Assembly: GCA_963666835.2 (NCBI GenBank)
Contig: CAXXGO010000006.1
Location: 2,528,001-2,592,000 of the forward strand
Direction: 5' to 3'
DNA length: 64,000 nt
From: Phycisphaerae bacterium
Lineage (GTDB): Bacteria > Planctomycetota > Phycisphaerae > UBA1845
Shown: in pieces, positions 37,395-47,444 of the stretch
How positions within the stretch are numbered: position 1 is the first letter of the stretch
Layout: the number at the start of each line of letters is the position of its first letter
Program-made: the position numbers and the translations under genes
Notes under the pieces: generated by a model
Seen by the model: only the letters and a program-made list of their open reading frames with translations
Told to the model about the DNA's origin: nothing
The model's database searches: none

Positions 37395-37630
37395 CGTGCG
37401 AGACTCCGGGGGATAGGGGGCTTCGTTCCCGTTGACACTCTCCAGAGGAGAGACGGATCGTAATCGAACAACCTGCGTGCGCAGAGTAGGCGGTGCCGGC
37501 CGGTCAATCAAGGCTACAGGCGGGCACCTTAGCTCCGATCTGCCATCTTTGTGACTCGGCTTATGTTCCGAAATCCGCAGGTTTGTGTTACGCTGACCGG
37601 CGTCTTCAGTTTTGATAGCGAGGATTGCCC

Positions 37631-38188
37631 ATGGGCGAGCAGCCGAAGGATGAGAGTTCAAGACCCGCCGACGCAGCACAGGCCCTATCCGGAGAGATCG
37701 GTGAGGACAGGACCTCAACCGATTCTGCGGTGGAATCTGGGGCCGGAGCGGACATAGTCTCAGAACATCTGATTGAGGTGTATGCGGAAACGGGCGTTCT
37801 GTATCGTTACTTCGCCAGCCGGCGTGCCCGCTTGTTTGCGGGGTATCTATTAGTGGTTGCCGCCGTCGGCACGGGGTTTGGCTGGGCCTGGACGCGCCCG
37901 GAAGCAAAGCCTTTGGCGTGGGTCGTTGCGGCCGCCGGATGTCTGTTTACCTTGGCATTCTGGGCGTTGGAACGACGTGGCCGGCAGGTGTCCTTCACCT
38001 GCGTGGAGGCCGGGATCAACCTGGAACGGGCGTTGCAGCTTCGCCCCGGTCAGGGCGTGTTCTCCAGACTCAAGGAGCTACCTGATTCAGAGCCCGCTCC
38101 AGGGAGGACGTTCGATTGGATGTATCTGGTCGCGGCTCTCGGTTTCCTGGTCGGCACGGTGTACTCCCTGGCCGAGACCATGTTGTGA
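37631..38188 (+). CDS. Hypothetical membrane protein (about 3 TM helices)
   Basis: Fills the gap between flanking genes; three hydrophobic stretches. Confidence 0.6.
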   Translation: MGEQPKDESSRPADAAQALSGEIGEDRTSTDSAVESGAGADIVSEHLIEVYAETGVLYRYFASRRARLFAGYLLVVAAVGTGFGWAWTRPEAKPLAWVVAAAGCLFTLAFWALERRGRQVSFTCVEAGINLERALQLRPGQGVFSRLKELPDSEPAPGRTFDWMYLVAALGFLVGTVYSLAETML

Positions 38189-38225
38189 GCACTGGTGCCG
38201 CCCAGGGCTAGCCGGCGCGGACTGG

Positions 38226-39512
38226 TCATGAGTCGTCCAGAGATGCCGAGCGTTCGAACCTCTCCACCACCGCGCAGGCCGTCGAGTCGCTCCAGACATT
38301 GATCGACGTGCGGTACATGTCCAGGATCCGGTCCACCGCCAGGATCAGGCCTACATAGTCGTACGGCAGACCAACGGCGCTCAACACCACGACCAGCATC
38401 ACCGTTCCGGCGTGAGGGATGCCGGCCGCTCCGATGCTCGCCAGTAATGCGGTTATCGCAACGATGACCTGCTGGGCGATGCCCAGATCGTTGCCCGTAA
38501 CCTGGGCGATGAACAGCACTGCGACGGCCTCGTACAACGCTGTTCCGTCCATATTGATCGTGGCCCCGAGCGGGAGAACAAACGAGCTGATCCGGTTGCT
38601 GATCCCGGCGCGCTTTTCAACGCAGGTCATCGTGAGCGGAAGAGTTCCATTGCTGCTGGCAGTACTGAAGGCGGTGAGCAGCGCGGGGGAGAGCGCCTTG
38701 AAGTACTGCCAGGGATGACGACGGCCCAGCAGGCTCAGCAGCAGCGGCAGAGTGACCAGACCGTGAACGCTTAGGGCGAGCGCTACCGTCAGGGCGTACC
38801 AGCCCAGTGCCTGGAAGACATCCAGGCCCTTACCGGCCGCCGCGTACAGCATGAATCCCAGAACGCCGATCGGCGCGGTTCGGATGATCGCCATGGTCAG
38901 TTTCATCATGACGTCAAATGCATCGTTGAAGAATCGTGCGAGGCGTTTGCCGACTTCACCCCCAACCAGGTTGATGGAGACCCCGAACGCGATGGCGAAG
39001 AAGATCACGCCGAGGATCGACCGGTTGCTCGGGTCAGCCAGCGCGGCGAAAGGGTTGGCGGGGATGAGCGTGAAGAGCTGATTCCACAGGGTCGCTGCCA
39101 GGCTCTGCCCGCTCTGGACGGCTTCTACGGCCACGGGCTCGGCGCCGCTTTCGAGCAGCTCCAGGTTTGCGCCTCTGCCGGGGTTGATCAGGTTGAACAC
39201 GAGCATCCCTGTGACGATCGCCAGCATGCTGGTGGATACGTAGTATGCCAGAGTGCGCCCGCCCAGCCGTCCGAGCCCCTTAGCGGTACCGGTACCCGTC
39301 ACGCCGGAGATCAGCGACGTGAGAATCAGCGGGGCGACGATCATGGACAGCAGTCGGAGGAAAATGTCGCCGACCCCCTTGCCGTAGGCCGCGATTTCCC
39401 GCGGCCAGCTAACGTCAATATGCCCCAGGTCTGCGAGGATGTTCAACGGCAGGCCGACGCCCGCCCCGAGGCCCATGGCGATCAGGATCTGATGGTGCAG
39501 CTTAAGTCGCAT
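38226..39512 (-). CDS. Dicarboxylate/amino acid:cation symporter (DAACS, GltP-like)
   Basis: AFSTASSNGTLP, LPLGATINMDGTALY, ASIGAAGIP, VDRILDMYRTSINV. Confidence 0.95.
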   Translation of the reverse strand: MRLKLHHQILIAMGLGAGVGLPLNILADLGHIDVSWPREIAAYGKGVGDIFLRLLSMIVAPLILTSLISGVTGTGTAKGLGRLGGRTLAYYVSTSMLAIVTGMLVFNLINPGRGANLELLESGAEPVAVEAVQSGQSLAATLWNQLFTLIPANPFAALADPSNRSILGVIFFAIAFGVSINLVGGEVGKRLARFFNDAFDVMMKLTMAIIRTAPIGVLGFMLYAAAGKGLDVFQALGWYALTVALALSVHGLVTLPLLLSLLGRRHPWQYFKALSPALLTAFSTASSNGTLPLTMTCVEKRAGISNRISSFVLPLGATINMDGTALYEAVAVLFIAQVTGNDLGIAQQVIVAITALLASIGAAGIPHAGTVMLVVVLSAVGLPYDYVGLILAVDRILDMYRTSINVWSDSTACAVVERFERSASLDDS

Positions 39513-39721
39513 CGGCCTTATTCCCTGATGACGGCCGCGGTAACGCACGCGAGCCCGGGGCCGTCACAAATGACAAAGGCTTGAATCTCACAGTGTAGTG
39601 GCACCTCACTGGCATGCCAACTGGCGTGCGAAGCAGGCTCTTGGGGGGGGGCGACGGTGCCGCGGTCACAGCGGGTGTTGGTGCCGGCGGTGGGCGCAAC
39701 GCGGCGGGTGGACGCGGCACT

Positions 39722-39750
39722 TTGACAGGGGCATAGGGTGACTATATCAT
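39722..39750 (+). promoter_or_regulatory. Sigma70 promoter of the kdsB-pyrG operon
   Basis: TTGACA-N17-TATCAT, followed by GAGGAGG RBS and TTG start at 39801. Confidence 0.7.
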
Positions 39751-39800
39751 GGGCTCATGCTAGAGCACGCGAGCCTTATTCCCTCCGAGGAGGACCGGGT

Positions 39801-40604
39801 TTGACGACCCTGGCGGTCATTCCGGCCCGCTTCGCCTCAACTCGTTTTCCCGGAAAACCTCTCGCTAAGGATACCGGTAAGTACCTCATCCAACATGTTT
39901 ATGAGCGGGTGGCGTCATCCCGGCGGGTGGATCGTACTATCGTCGCTACGGATGACGACCGTATCGTCGAGGCGGTGCGATCCTTTCAGGGAGAGGTGCG
40001 GTTGACGCGCTCGGACCATCCCAGCGGAACAGACCGCGTTGCGGAAGTGGTTGCGGCATTGGACGGGGCGGAGGACGATCTCGTTCTCAACGTACAAGGC
40101 GACGAGCCGGAGATTGCCCCGGGCATCCTCGACGACCTGATTGAGCGGATGACGGCGGGAGGGGAGGGATGCCGGATCGGTACTCTTGCGGCCCCCTTTG
40201 ATGACGATGGTCCGTGCAGCGGGCCGGGGTCCCCCCTGGATCCGAATTGCGTGAAGGTGGTGGCCAACGCTGCCGGGGAAGCGCTGTATTTTTCACGCAG
40301 TCCGGTGCCGTACCCGTGTGAGACGGGTGGGCAGGTGGACAAGCCCTCGCGCTGGCTTCTGCATTTGGGGGTCTATGCCTTCCGGGCGGGGACGCTCCGG
40401 GAGTTGACCTCCGCGGAGGGGCTTGCCCCCAGTCCGTTGGAGATGACTGAGGCCTTGGAGCAGCTTCGCTGGCTGGAGCATGGTTTTTCGATTGCGGTTG
40501 TGCGGGCTGCGCATCGGTTCATTGGGATTGATACTCCGCAGGACTACGCGGCTTTTGTTAGCCGAATCGCGCGTGGTACGAAGAGTGTTCGCCCGGATTC
40601 GTAA
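39801..40604 (+). CDS. kdsB: 3-deoxy-manno-octulosonate cytidylyltransferase
   Basis: IPARFASTRFPGKPL, HPSGTDR, NVQGDEP, ALYFSRS, EALEQLRWL, IDTPQD. Confidence 0.96.
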   Translation: MTTLAVIPARFASTRFPGKPLAKDTGKYLIQHVYERVASSRRVDRTIVATDDDRIVEAVRSFQGEVRLTRSDHPSGTDRVAEVVAALDGAEDDLVLNVQGDEPEIAPGILDDLIERMTAGGEGCRIGTLAAPFDDDGPCSGPGSPLDPNCVKVVANAAGEALYFSRSPVPYPCETGGQVDKPSRWLLHLGVYAFRAGTLRELTSAEGLAPSPLEMTEALEQLRWLEHGFSIAVVRAAHRFIGIDTPQDYAAFVSRIARGTKSVRPDS

Positions 40605-40783
40605 GGGGTGAAGCTTCGTGCGGCAATCTGTCGTGGCGTACTACTGCCGATTCGGCAGAGCGGATGTTGGCTGGGGAGGAAAGAGGTCCGGTTGGACGCC
40701 GCCGTCCGGGCGAGTAGAACAGGCAGGCAGACTAACCAAGATGTGTTCCGGAAGTTGATTGTGCACCGAACTGAACGTAAGCA

Positions 40784-42592
40784 GTGAGCCAGATGAGTAC
40801 AGAGAAGACGCTAGCGTCCTTGACCCACACGTCAGACGATACCGAGTTTTTCACGCCGATGCCCACCGGCTACAAGCCCGGCAAGACCAAGTTCGTGGTT
40901 GTGTTCGGGACGGTGATGAGCGGTCTGGGCAAGGGGATCTTCTCCAGCTCGCTGGCGAAGATCATGCAGGATAAGGGTCTTTCCGTTGCTCCGATCAAGC
41001 TGGAGGGGTATCTCAACCGCGATAGCGGTACGCTGAATCCGTATCGACACGGCGAGGTGTTCGTGCTCGATGACGGGCTCGAGTGCGATATGGATCTGGG
41101 CACGTACGAACGCATGCTCAACCTCACTCTGAGCCGGTTGAACTTCACGACTAGTGGGCAGATCTTCTCGTCGGTCTTGGACAAGGAACGCCAGGGCGGG
41201 TACCTCGGCCGCGATGTGCAGATGATTCCCCATGTGACCGGCGAGGTGAAGCTCCGTTTGCGCGAGCTGGCGGTGGCGTCGGAGGCGGACATTGTGTTCG
41301 TCGAAATCGGCGGGACGGTTGGCGACGTGGAGAATGCCTACTTCATCGAGGCTGTTCGAGAGATGGCGTACGAGGAAGGTCCGGGGAACTTCTGTTTCGT
41401 AGCCCTGACCTATATCGTCGAACCGCAGATTCTCGGGGAGCAGAAGTCCAAGCCCGCTCAATTGAATCTGAAGCTGCTCAACGCGGCCGGCATCAACCCG
41501 AACATCATTGCGTGCCGGGCGTCGTCTCCGGCTACTAAGAAAGTCCGTGAGAAGATTGCGCTCTTCGCCAACGTTCCGATGGACCGGGTCTTCTCCATGC
41601 ATGACTGCGACAGCGTGTATGTTATCCCCGAGATGCTCCGGGGCGCCGGGATCGACACGGCCGTGCTCGATCTGCTCAACCTGGGGGACCGCGTAGATTC
41701 AGGCTCTGAGGAAGAGGGTCGCGAAGTCTGGAACAGTTACATCAGCCGGTTCCGTGCGGCCGGGCATCCGGTGACGATCGGCATCATCGGCAAATACACT
41801 TCGGTGCGCGATAGCTATGCCAGTATTATTCAGGCTTTGGAGCATGCCGGAGCGCACCTGGGTGGAAAGGTGCGGATTGAGTGGGTCGACAGCAGCGATT
41901 TGACGGAGGCCAACGTTGCGGAGCGTTTGAAGGACATTCACGGCGTGATTGTGCCCGGTGGCTTTGGGTTCCGGGGCGTGGACGGGAAGCTCGCCTGCGT
42001 CAAGCACGTTCGCGAGAACAAGATTCCGTACTTGGGCCTGTGCTACGGGATGCAGATTGCGGTGATCGAGTATGCCCGGAACGTCGCCGGTTTGGCGCAT
42101 GCCAGCAGCACCGAGATTGAACCCGATTGCCCGCAGCCGGTGATCGACTTGCTTCCCGAACAGAAGGAGATTGAGGGACTCGGGGGCAACATGCGCCTTG
42201 GAGGGTTCGACGTGGCTTTGACTCCGGACAGCGAGGCCTCCCGGCTGTTCGGCGGCGCCGAGCGAATCCGCCTTCGTTTCCGCCATCGCTTCGAAGTCCA
42301 CCCCGACTACATCGAGCGGTTGGAGCAGGCCGGGTTGTGTTTCTCCGGCCGCAGCCCGGACCATCCGATTATGCAAGTGCTGGAACTGCCGAGGAACCGG
42401 CATCCGTACTTCATAGCCACCCAAGCCCACCCCGAGCTGACGAGCCGCCCGCTGGACCCCCAGCCGATGTTCCTGGGGCTGGTCCGGGCGGCGCTGGAGC
42501 GAACCGGGGTTGTACTGCGTCCCCAGGGCGGTGATGGACAGTCGGAACAGGGTTGTTCCGGGTCTCGGGGCGCCGCCCCAACGTCAGCCTGA
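40784..42592 (+). CDS. pyrG: CTP synthase
   Basis: SGLGKG, HGEVFVLDDG, EIGGTVGD, PGGFG, GLCYGMQ (catalytic Cys), RHRFEV, QAHPE. Confidence 0.97.
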   Translation: MSQMSTEKTLASLTHTSDDTEFFTPMPTGYKPGKTKFVVVFGTVMSGLGKGIFSSSLAKIMQDKGLSVAPIKLEGYLNRDSGTLNPYRHGEVFVLDDGLECDMDLGTYERMLNLTLSRLNFTTSGQIFSSVLDKERQGGYLGRDVQMIPHVTGEVKLRLRELAVASEADIVFVEIGGTVGDVENAYFIEAVREMAYEEGPGNFCFVALTYIVEPQILGEQKSKPAQLNLKLLNAAGINPNIIACRASSPATKKVREKIALFANVPMDRVFSMHDCDSVYVIPEMLRGAGIDTAVLDLLNLGDRVDSGSEEEGREVWNSYISRFRAAGHPVTIGIIGKYTSVRDSYASIIQALEHAGAHLGGKVRIEWVDSSDLTEANVAERLKDIHGVIVPGGFGFRGVDGKLACVKHVRENKIPYLGLCYGMQIAVIEYARNVAGLAHASSTEIEPDCPQPVIDLLPEQKEIEGLGGNMRLGGFDVALTPDSEASRLFGGAERIRLRFRHRFEVHPDYIERLEQAGLCFSGRSPDHPIMQVLELPRNRHPYFIATQAHPELTSRPLDPQPMFLGLVRAALERTGVVLRPQGGDGQSEQGCSGSRGAAPTSA

Positions 42593-43662
42593 TGCACCGC
42601 GATACCGCCCAACAGGCTCTTGTCAAAAAAGGGGGGCTCTTCCCGCGCACCCGTTACCAGGGCAGCAAACGCAAACTGGCTGCAGCGATCATCGCGGAGC
42701 TTCGCGATCTTGAGTACACCACCGTACTGGACGCGTTCGGAGGGACCGGAGCGCTGGCTCACGCGTTCAAGCGGGCCGGCAAACGCGTAACCTACAACGA
42801 CATCCTTAGATTCAATCATCAGATCGGATTGGCTCTGATAGAGAACGACTCGATCCGGCTGGACCGGGCGGAGATCGAGGCCATTACCCGGCGGCAATCG
42901 GGCGTACGTTACGGCGATCTGATAGAGCGCACCTTCAATGGCATCTACTTCACGGAGGAAGAGAACCGTTGGCTGGACGTCGCGGTCGGCAACATTCGCA
43001 ACATGGTGTGTCCTTTCAAGAGAGCGATGGCGTGGTTCGCGCTCTTTCAGGCCGCTCTCATCAAACGGCCGTACAATCTGTTTCATCGCGCTAATCTGTA
43101 CATGCGCACCGCCGATGTGCAAAGGAGCTTCGGTAACAAGGCGAGCTGGGATCGGAGCTTCGCGGAGCACTTCGCGGCGTTTGCCGACGAGGGTAATTGC
43201 GCCCTTGTTGACGGGGGCGGATCCTGTCGCGCATTGTGCCGGGACGCCCTCGACCTCGAGCCGGATTTCGATCTTGTGTACATCGATACCCCGTACATCA
43301 GTGGTCGGGGAGTCGGGGTGGACTATCGGGATTTCTACCACTTTCTGGAGGGACTCGTCAGCTACGACGATTGGCCGGAGATGATCGACCGCCGTTCGAA
43401 ACACCGCCGGTTGGCTCGCCAGCCGGATCCGTGGACCGTGGCGTCGTTATGCACCGAGCTGTTTCGGCGTCTGTTCGCGAAGTTCGCTGACAGCATACTG
43501 GTAGTCTCGTATCGCAGCGATGGGATTCCGACCATCGACGAACTGGCCGTGATGCTCGGGGAGGCGAAGAAGCACGTCCGGATTGCCGCGGGGGATACGT
43601 ATCAATACGTTCTGTCCACGGCGCGCGATACGCGAGAGATTCTGTTAATCGGAACGGATTGA
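42592..43662 (+). CDS. DNA adenine methyltransferase (D12/alpha-class motif order), apparently orphan
   Basis: RYQGSKRKL, DAFGGTG (motif I), YIDTPY (motif IV); ATG overlaps the pyrG stop (TGATG). Confidence 0.85.
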   Translation: MHRDTAQQALVKKGGLFPRTRYQGSKRKLAAAIIAELRDLEYTTVLDAFGGTGALAHAFKRAGKRVTYNDILRFNHQIGLALIENDSIRLDRAEIEAITRRQSGVRYGDLIERTFNGIYFTEEENRWLDVAVGNIRNMVCPFKRAMAWFALFQAALIKRPYNLFHRANLYMRTADVQRSFGNKASWDRSFAEHFAAFADEGNCALVDGGGSCRALCRDALDLEPDFDLVYIDTPYISGRGVGVDYRDFYHFLEGLVSYDDWPEMIDRRSKHRRLARQPDPWTVASLCTELFRRLFAKFADSILVVSYRSDGIPTIDELAVMLGEAKKHVRIAAGDTYQYVLSTARDTREILLIGTD

Positions 43663-44091
43663 CCGACGCTGAGCCTCAGTTTGTTTACGTTGCGGCGCAC
43701 GTTTCTTGGCCGGGTCCTTCTTCGCGTGGTCTTTGGGATGGAGCTGGTACTCGACTGTGACCTTGACTGACCCGTTGGCCAGGTATTCGGTGGACGCGTA
43801 CCGGAAGCCGCGGATTCTCGCCTGCCGCTCGTGGCCGAGTTCCCTGGCGAGGTTGCGCACCGCGACGACTTCCGCGGCGCGGCGAGCCATCAACTTCGCC
43901 CGAGCCCCTTTCATCCGGGGTGGAGGTCGTCCGATCCCGGTTGCCCGGACGATCTTGTGTGAAAGGGATGGTGCGGGAACAGGCTCTGAGGTTAGTGGTT
44001 TAGAAGGGGCGATCGCAGCCTTGTTGGGTGGGGACGCGCACGCTGCCACGAGGGGAAGTGCGGAGAACAGCAGTAGACCTGTCCGGACCAT
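43645..44091 (-). CDS. LPP20/FlgP-like lipoprotein
   Basis: Lipobox LVAAC; ATGIG...ARRAAEVVAVRNLA motif. Confidence 0.65.
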   Translation of the reverse strand: MVRTGLLLFSALPLVAACASPPNKAAIAPSKPLTSEPVPAPSLSHKIVRATGIGRPPPRMKGARAKLMARRAAEVVAVRNLARELGHERQARIRGFRYASTEYLANGSVKVTVEYQLHPKDHAKKDPAKKRAPQRKQTEAQRRSIRSD

Positions 44092-44410
44092 AATCACCTC
44101 TCCGACCGAGCACCACTGAGCCCTTTAACCAAAAGCGGACTCCCTTCCACCAGAGAATTGGACAACGGATCCGGCAGAACGTTAGTTGCTTGCTGAATAA
44201 GCCGGGCGTGTTTTCGGGATGTGTTTGCCGCCGCTTCCGAGGACCGGATCCGGCGGAGGGGGCCGTCTTGCCTGAGTGGTTTGGGGCGATCTATTTTCCA
44301 GAGAGACTGTCTGAGATTCGCTACGGGTTTTTGCAGGTCGGGTTGACCGGGTCGGGGAGAATGACGACAATACCCCACTTTGGTTAAGACGCGGATTGGG
44401 AGTGCCTGCC

Positions 44411-44647
44411 ATGGGCTTAGGTCGTAAAGCGCTGAATACTAGAGACAGGATGGACGCCCTTGAGACGAATGCGCGGAACCGCATTGTCAAGGACAAAGAG
44501 CGGGCGAGGCGCGACGCTCGCATGATGGCGAAGATCAAAGCGGGGAGCCTTCCCTACACCACGGTGGTTATGAACTGGCTCAGCCAGAAGCTGGGCAAGA
44601 AGGCCGCGAAGATTACGCAGGAAGACATACAAGCCTTGCAGGGTTAG
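44411..44647 (+). CDS. Small basic hypothetical protein
   Basis: GGGAG RBS; 78 aa with coding-like composition. Confidence 0.65.
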   Translation: MGLGRKALNTRDRMDALETNARNRIVKDKERARRDARMMAKIKAGSLPYTTVVMNWLSQKLGKKAAKITQEDIQALQG

Positions 44648-45272
44648 CGCGCAGCGAGATAGGAAGCGTTAGGGTTAATTGAACCGGCGGCCGGCGAGTA
44701 TCGTCGGCCGTTTGCGTGCGCAGAAGGCGAACGTCCGATACGAACACCGGCTTGCGGAGGTCGAGCGACCCTAGCAAAGGGCCGCGTACGTTACCACCGT
44801 AAGGAAGATGATCTTCAGCTTTCGCCGGAAGAACCAGTAGATTGACCAACGGTCCACGGTTTCCCCTCCAGTAGACAGTTACTACTTCTTTTAGCCGTTT
44901 TGCCGTCCAAAGGCAATAGCTGCATGGGTTGTGCCCACCTCCGGTACCGGCTTCCGCCGGAACCGGCGCCCTATAAGTCTGCCGATGAACGGCGCGTTTT
45001 TCGGGCCGGACTCTGCTGTTGCGGGCTGTTACGGATGGGGCGGCTTTGCCGGCGGAGTCGGTTCCGGCGCCCACAGGTTGCTAGCGGGCATCGTCTGGGG
45101 TTAGGCACCGAAAATGCCACGTCGTAGTGCGGGTTCTCGCCGGGCTTATAGGGCCTTGTCACCGCTGCGCAACGGACCGGATCGGCATGATTGACCGTCG
45201 AACCGGAAGGGCCAATGATGACGTAGAAGACATAGGCGAGACGCCGTTTCAAGCTGGTGGCTCACCGGTGGA

Positions 45273-45887
45273 GTGGCGCGGTTGGGAGTTGACGACGTGA
45301 GCGCGGTTGTTCGAAAGGCTGTTTTCGACGCGGTGATTCTCGGAGTGATTGGGGCGGCTCTGGGTTTTGGAGCCAACGCGGTGCGCGGCTCGGGGGCGGT
45401 CGATATAAGCCGGAACTACTTCAAGGTTGCCGCCCGGGGTGCTGTTGCTCCGGTGAGTGCCACCACTGATTCATCACCGGTCTCCGGGAGCGGGGCGGGC
45501 AAGTCGTTGCCCGATCATCCGTATCAGGAGTTGACCTTCGAACAGGTGTCGGAAGTCTTCCTTGATCCGCAGACGGAGATGGGAGCGAATGTGTTCATCG
45601 ATGCCCGGGTATTGTCACTCTACGAGGAGGGGCATATTCCCGGAGCGTTGCACGCCGATCACTATCGTTTCTTCGACGACCACATTGATGAGGTTTTGGC
45701 CCGCGTGGAGAGTGCGGAGAAGATCATTTCCTATTGTGAGGGCGGGGATTGCGAGGACAGCATTTTCATGTGTGCCGATCTCGTCGAGTCCGGCGTTCCG
45801 TGTGATCTCGTCTACCTGTATCCGGGCGGTTGGGAGGAATGGAAGAAGAACGACATGCCTATAGCGACGGGGCGGGAAGAGAGATGA
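45273..45887 (+). CDS. Membrane-anchored rhodanese-like domain protein
   Basis: N-terminal TM; FIDAR...YEEGHIPGA, YCEGGDCEDS, YPGGWEEW. Confidence 0.88.
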   Translation: MARLGVDDVSAVVRKAVFDAVILGVIGAALGFGANAVRGSGAVDISRNYFKVAARGAVAPVSATTDSSPVSGSGAGKSLPDHPYQELTFEQVSEVFLDPQTEMGANVFIDARVLSLYEEGHIPGALHADHYRFFDDHIDEVLARVESAEKIISYCEGGDCEDSIFMCADLVESGVPCDLVYLYPGGWEEWKKNDMPIATGREER

Positions 45888-46513
45888 CAGACCGACCATC
45901 CTTCATTCGACGGGTAGATGAATCAGGAATCCTCTTACTGGTTCTGCGGTTGTTCCTCGGTATCTACTTCGTCCGTACGGGTATTGTAAAAGCGCTGGAT
46001 CCCGTCGAGTTTCTCAAGGGAGTGCGCATGTACGGACTCCTGCCCGAATCGCCGGCGATCTATCTCAACCTCACGGCCGTGGTGCTGCCGTGGCTCGAAA
46101 TCGTCTGCGGAATAGCTCTTGTTCTCGGCACGCGTATTCGGGGGGCGGCCGTGCAAATCGGGGTCATGCTGGTTGTGTTCATGCCTGCGATTTCCCTGCG
46201 GGCGATGGAGATGTTGCAGGCTAATCCGGGACTGTCGTTCTTTGATGTGCAGTTTGACTGCGGATGCGGGACCGGAGTGGAGATCATCTGGATCAAGTTG
46301 CTGAAGAACACCGGTTTGCTGGTTCTGGCTTTGCTGATACTCGTAGCCCGCTCGCGGCGTTTCTGTTTGGACCGGTGGTTTGATCGGCGGCGGGCGACGC
46401 CGCGGTATTGCCGCGGCTGCGGCTATTTGCTGCCCGCCGGGTCCGTGGATTTCTGCGATGCGTGCCGGGAGCGGTCGGCGTGCTCGGCAGGCACTCCGGA
46501 CGCGGTGACTTAG
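45884..46513 (+). CDS. MauE/DoxX family membrane protein with C-terminal CxxC...CxxC tail
   Basis: RLFLG, K..DP..F, LPWLE, DCGCG, KN; ATGA overlap with the rhodanese. Confidence 0.82.
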   Translation: MTDRPSFIRRVDESGILLLVLRLFLGIYFVRTGIVKALDPVEFLKGVRMYGLLPESPAIYLNLTAVVLPWLEIVCGIALVLGTRIRGAAVQIGVMLVVFMPAISLRAMEMLQANPGLSFFDVQFDCGCGTGVEIIWIKLLKNTGLLVLALLILVARSRRFCLDRWFDRRRATPRYCRGCGYLLPAGSVDFCDACRERSACSAGTPDAVT

Positions 46514-46727
46514 TCTCTTTGTCGCGCGTTAAGGTCGGGGCGAATCCGCACCCTGTCCCGTTCCTGCACTGCTCAAGGCAGTGGTGGGCCTGAAGATCTT
46601 CCCCCGGCCATTCGAGTAATAAATCGCTGGAAGTTCATAGATCATATCGCTAATCTAGAGGTAGCCCAGGACGCAGAGCGGGCCAGTTTGCAGGGAGTGC
46701 GCTGCGCGTGGGGCCGGGGTTGATGAG

Positions 46728-47258
46728 ATGGGAACTGCTGTAAATGGTGAGCGCCGTGCGCTTACCTTCAACGATCTGGCCCAAGTCATGCCGGAGGTGT
46801 TTGGCCTTGCTGCCGGTCATCGCGTCGTAGGAGCATGGACTCTCGGGCAGATGTGTCGGCATCTTGCCCAGAGCTTCATCGGCTCCATGGATGGTCTGGA
46901 TTTGAGCCGACATCGATTCAAGCGCTTGTTCTTTCGCCGGAGGATGCTCCGAACAGCCTTGACCAAGGGCATCCCCCCCGGATACACCGTTGATGCGCGG
47001 CTTACTCCGCCGGCCCAGGTCGACACGGGCGAGGCGGTAGTGGCCTTAGCGTGTGCCGTCAGGCGCTATCAGGATCATGACGGCGCCCTTTGCGAGCACC
47101 CGTTGTTCGGCAACCTATCGCGCGATCTCTGGGACCAGGTGCATCGCGTGCATTGTGCTCATCATTTGAGTTTCGCTCTGCCCCTCGCGTGGAAGGAGCA
47201 CGGTCAACATTGTGGCACTGGGCTGGGGCATCTTCTAAACGGCGGCGATGACGCCTAG
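46728..47258 (+). CDS. DUF1569 (DinB-like) protein
   Basis: GAWTLGQMCRHLA, HPLFG.L....W...H..HCAHHLSF. Confidence 0.82.
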   Translation: MGTAVNGERRALTFNDLAQVMPEVFGLAAGHRVVGAWTLGQMCRHLAQSFIGSMDGLDLSRHRFKRLFFRRRMLRTALTKGIPPGYTVDARLTPPAQVDTGEAVVALACAVRRYQDHDGALCEHPLFGNLSRDLWDQVHRVHCAHHLSFALPLAWKEHGQHCGTGLGHLLNGGDDA

Positions 47259-47444
47259 GGCGCGACTGGAAGGGATCAGGGGCGGTCTTCTGAAGCCGCC
47301 CGCCCCGCCCATGATCGGGTGAGTTGTGAGTGAAGCTGCGCGCTGGTTGTGCCGATTGACGAGAGCCGGCGCCGGATCTATACTCCCGCGGTCGGCGCGC
47401 GCGTCGGGGTGCTTTGTAATGTTCGCTCTTGTAAGAGGTTATGG

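Noticed and set aside
44650..45270. RNase P RNA, tmRNA or tRNA in the long intergenic gap
   Set aside because: No GAGGAAAGTCC core, tRNA-like ends or T-loop motif found; kept only as a generic structured-RNA candidate.
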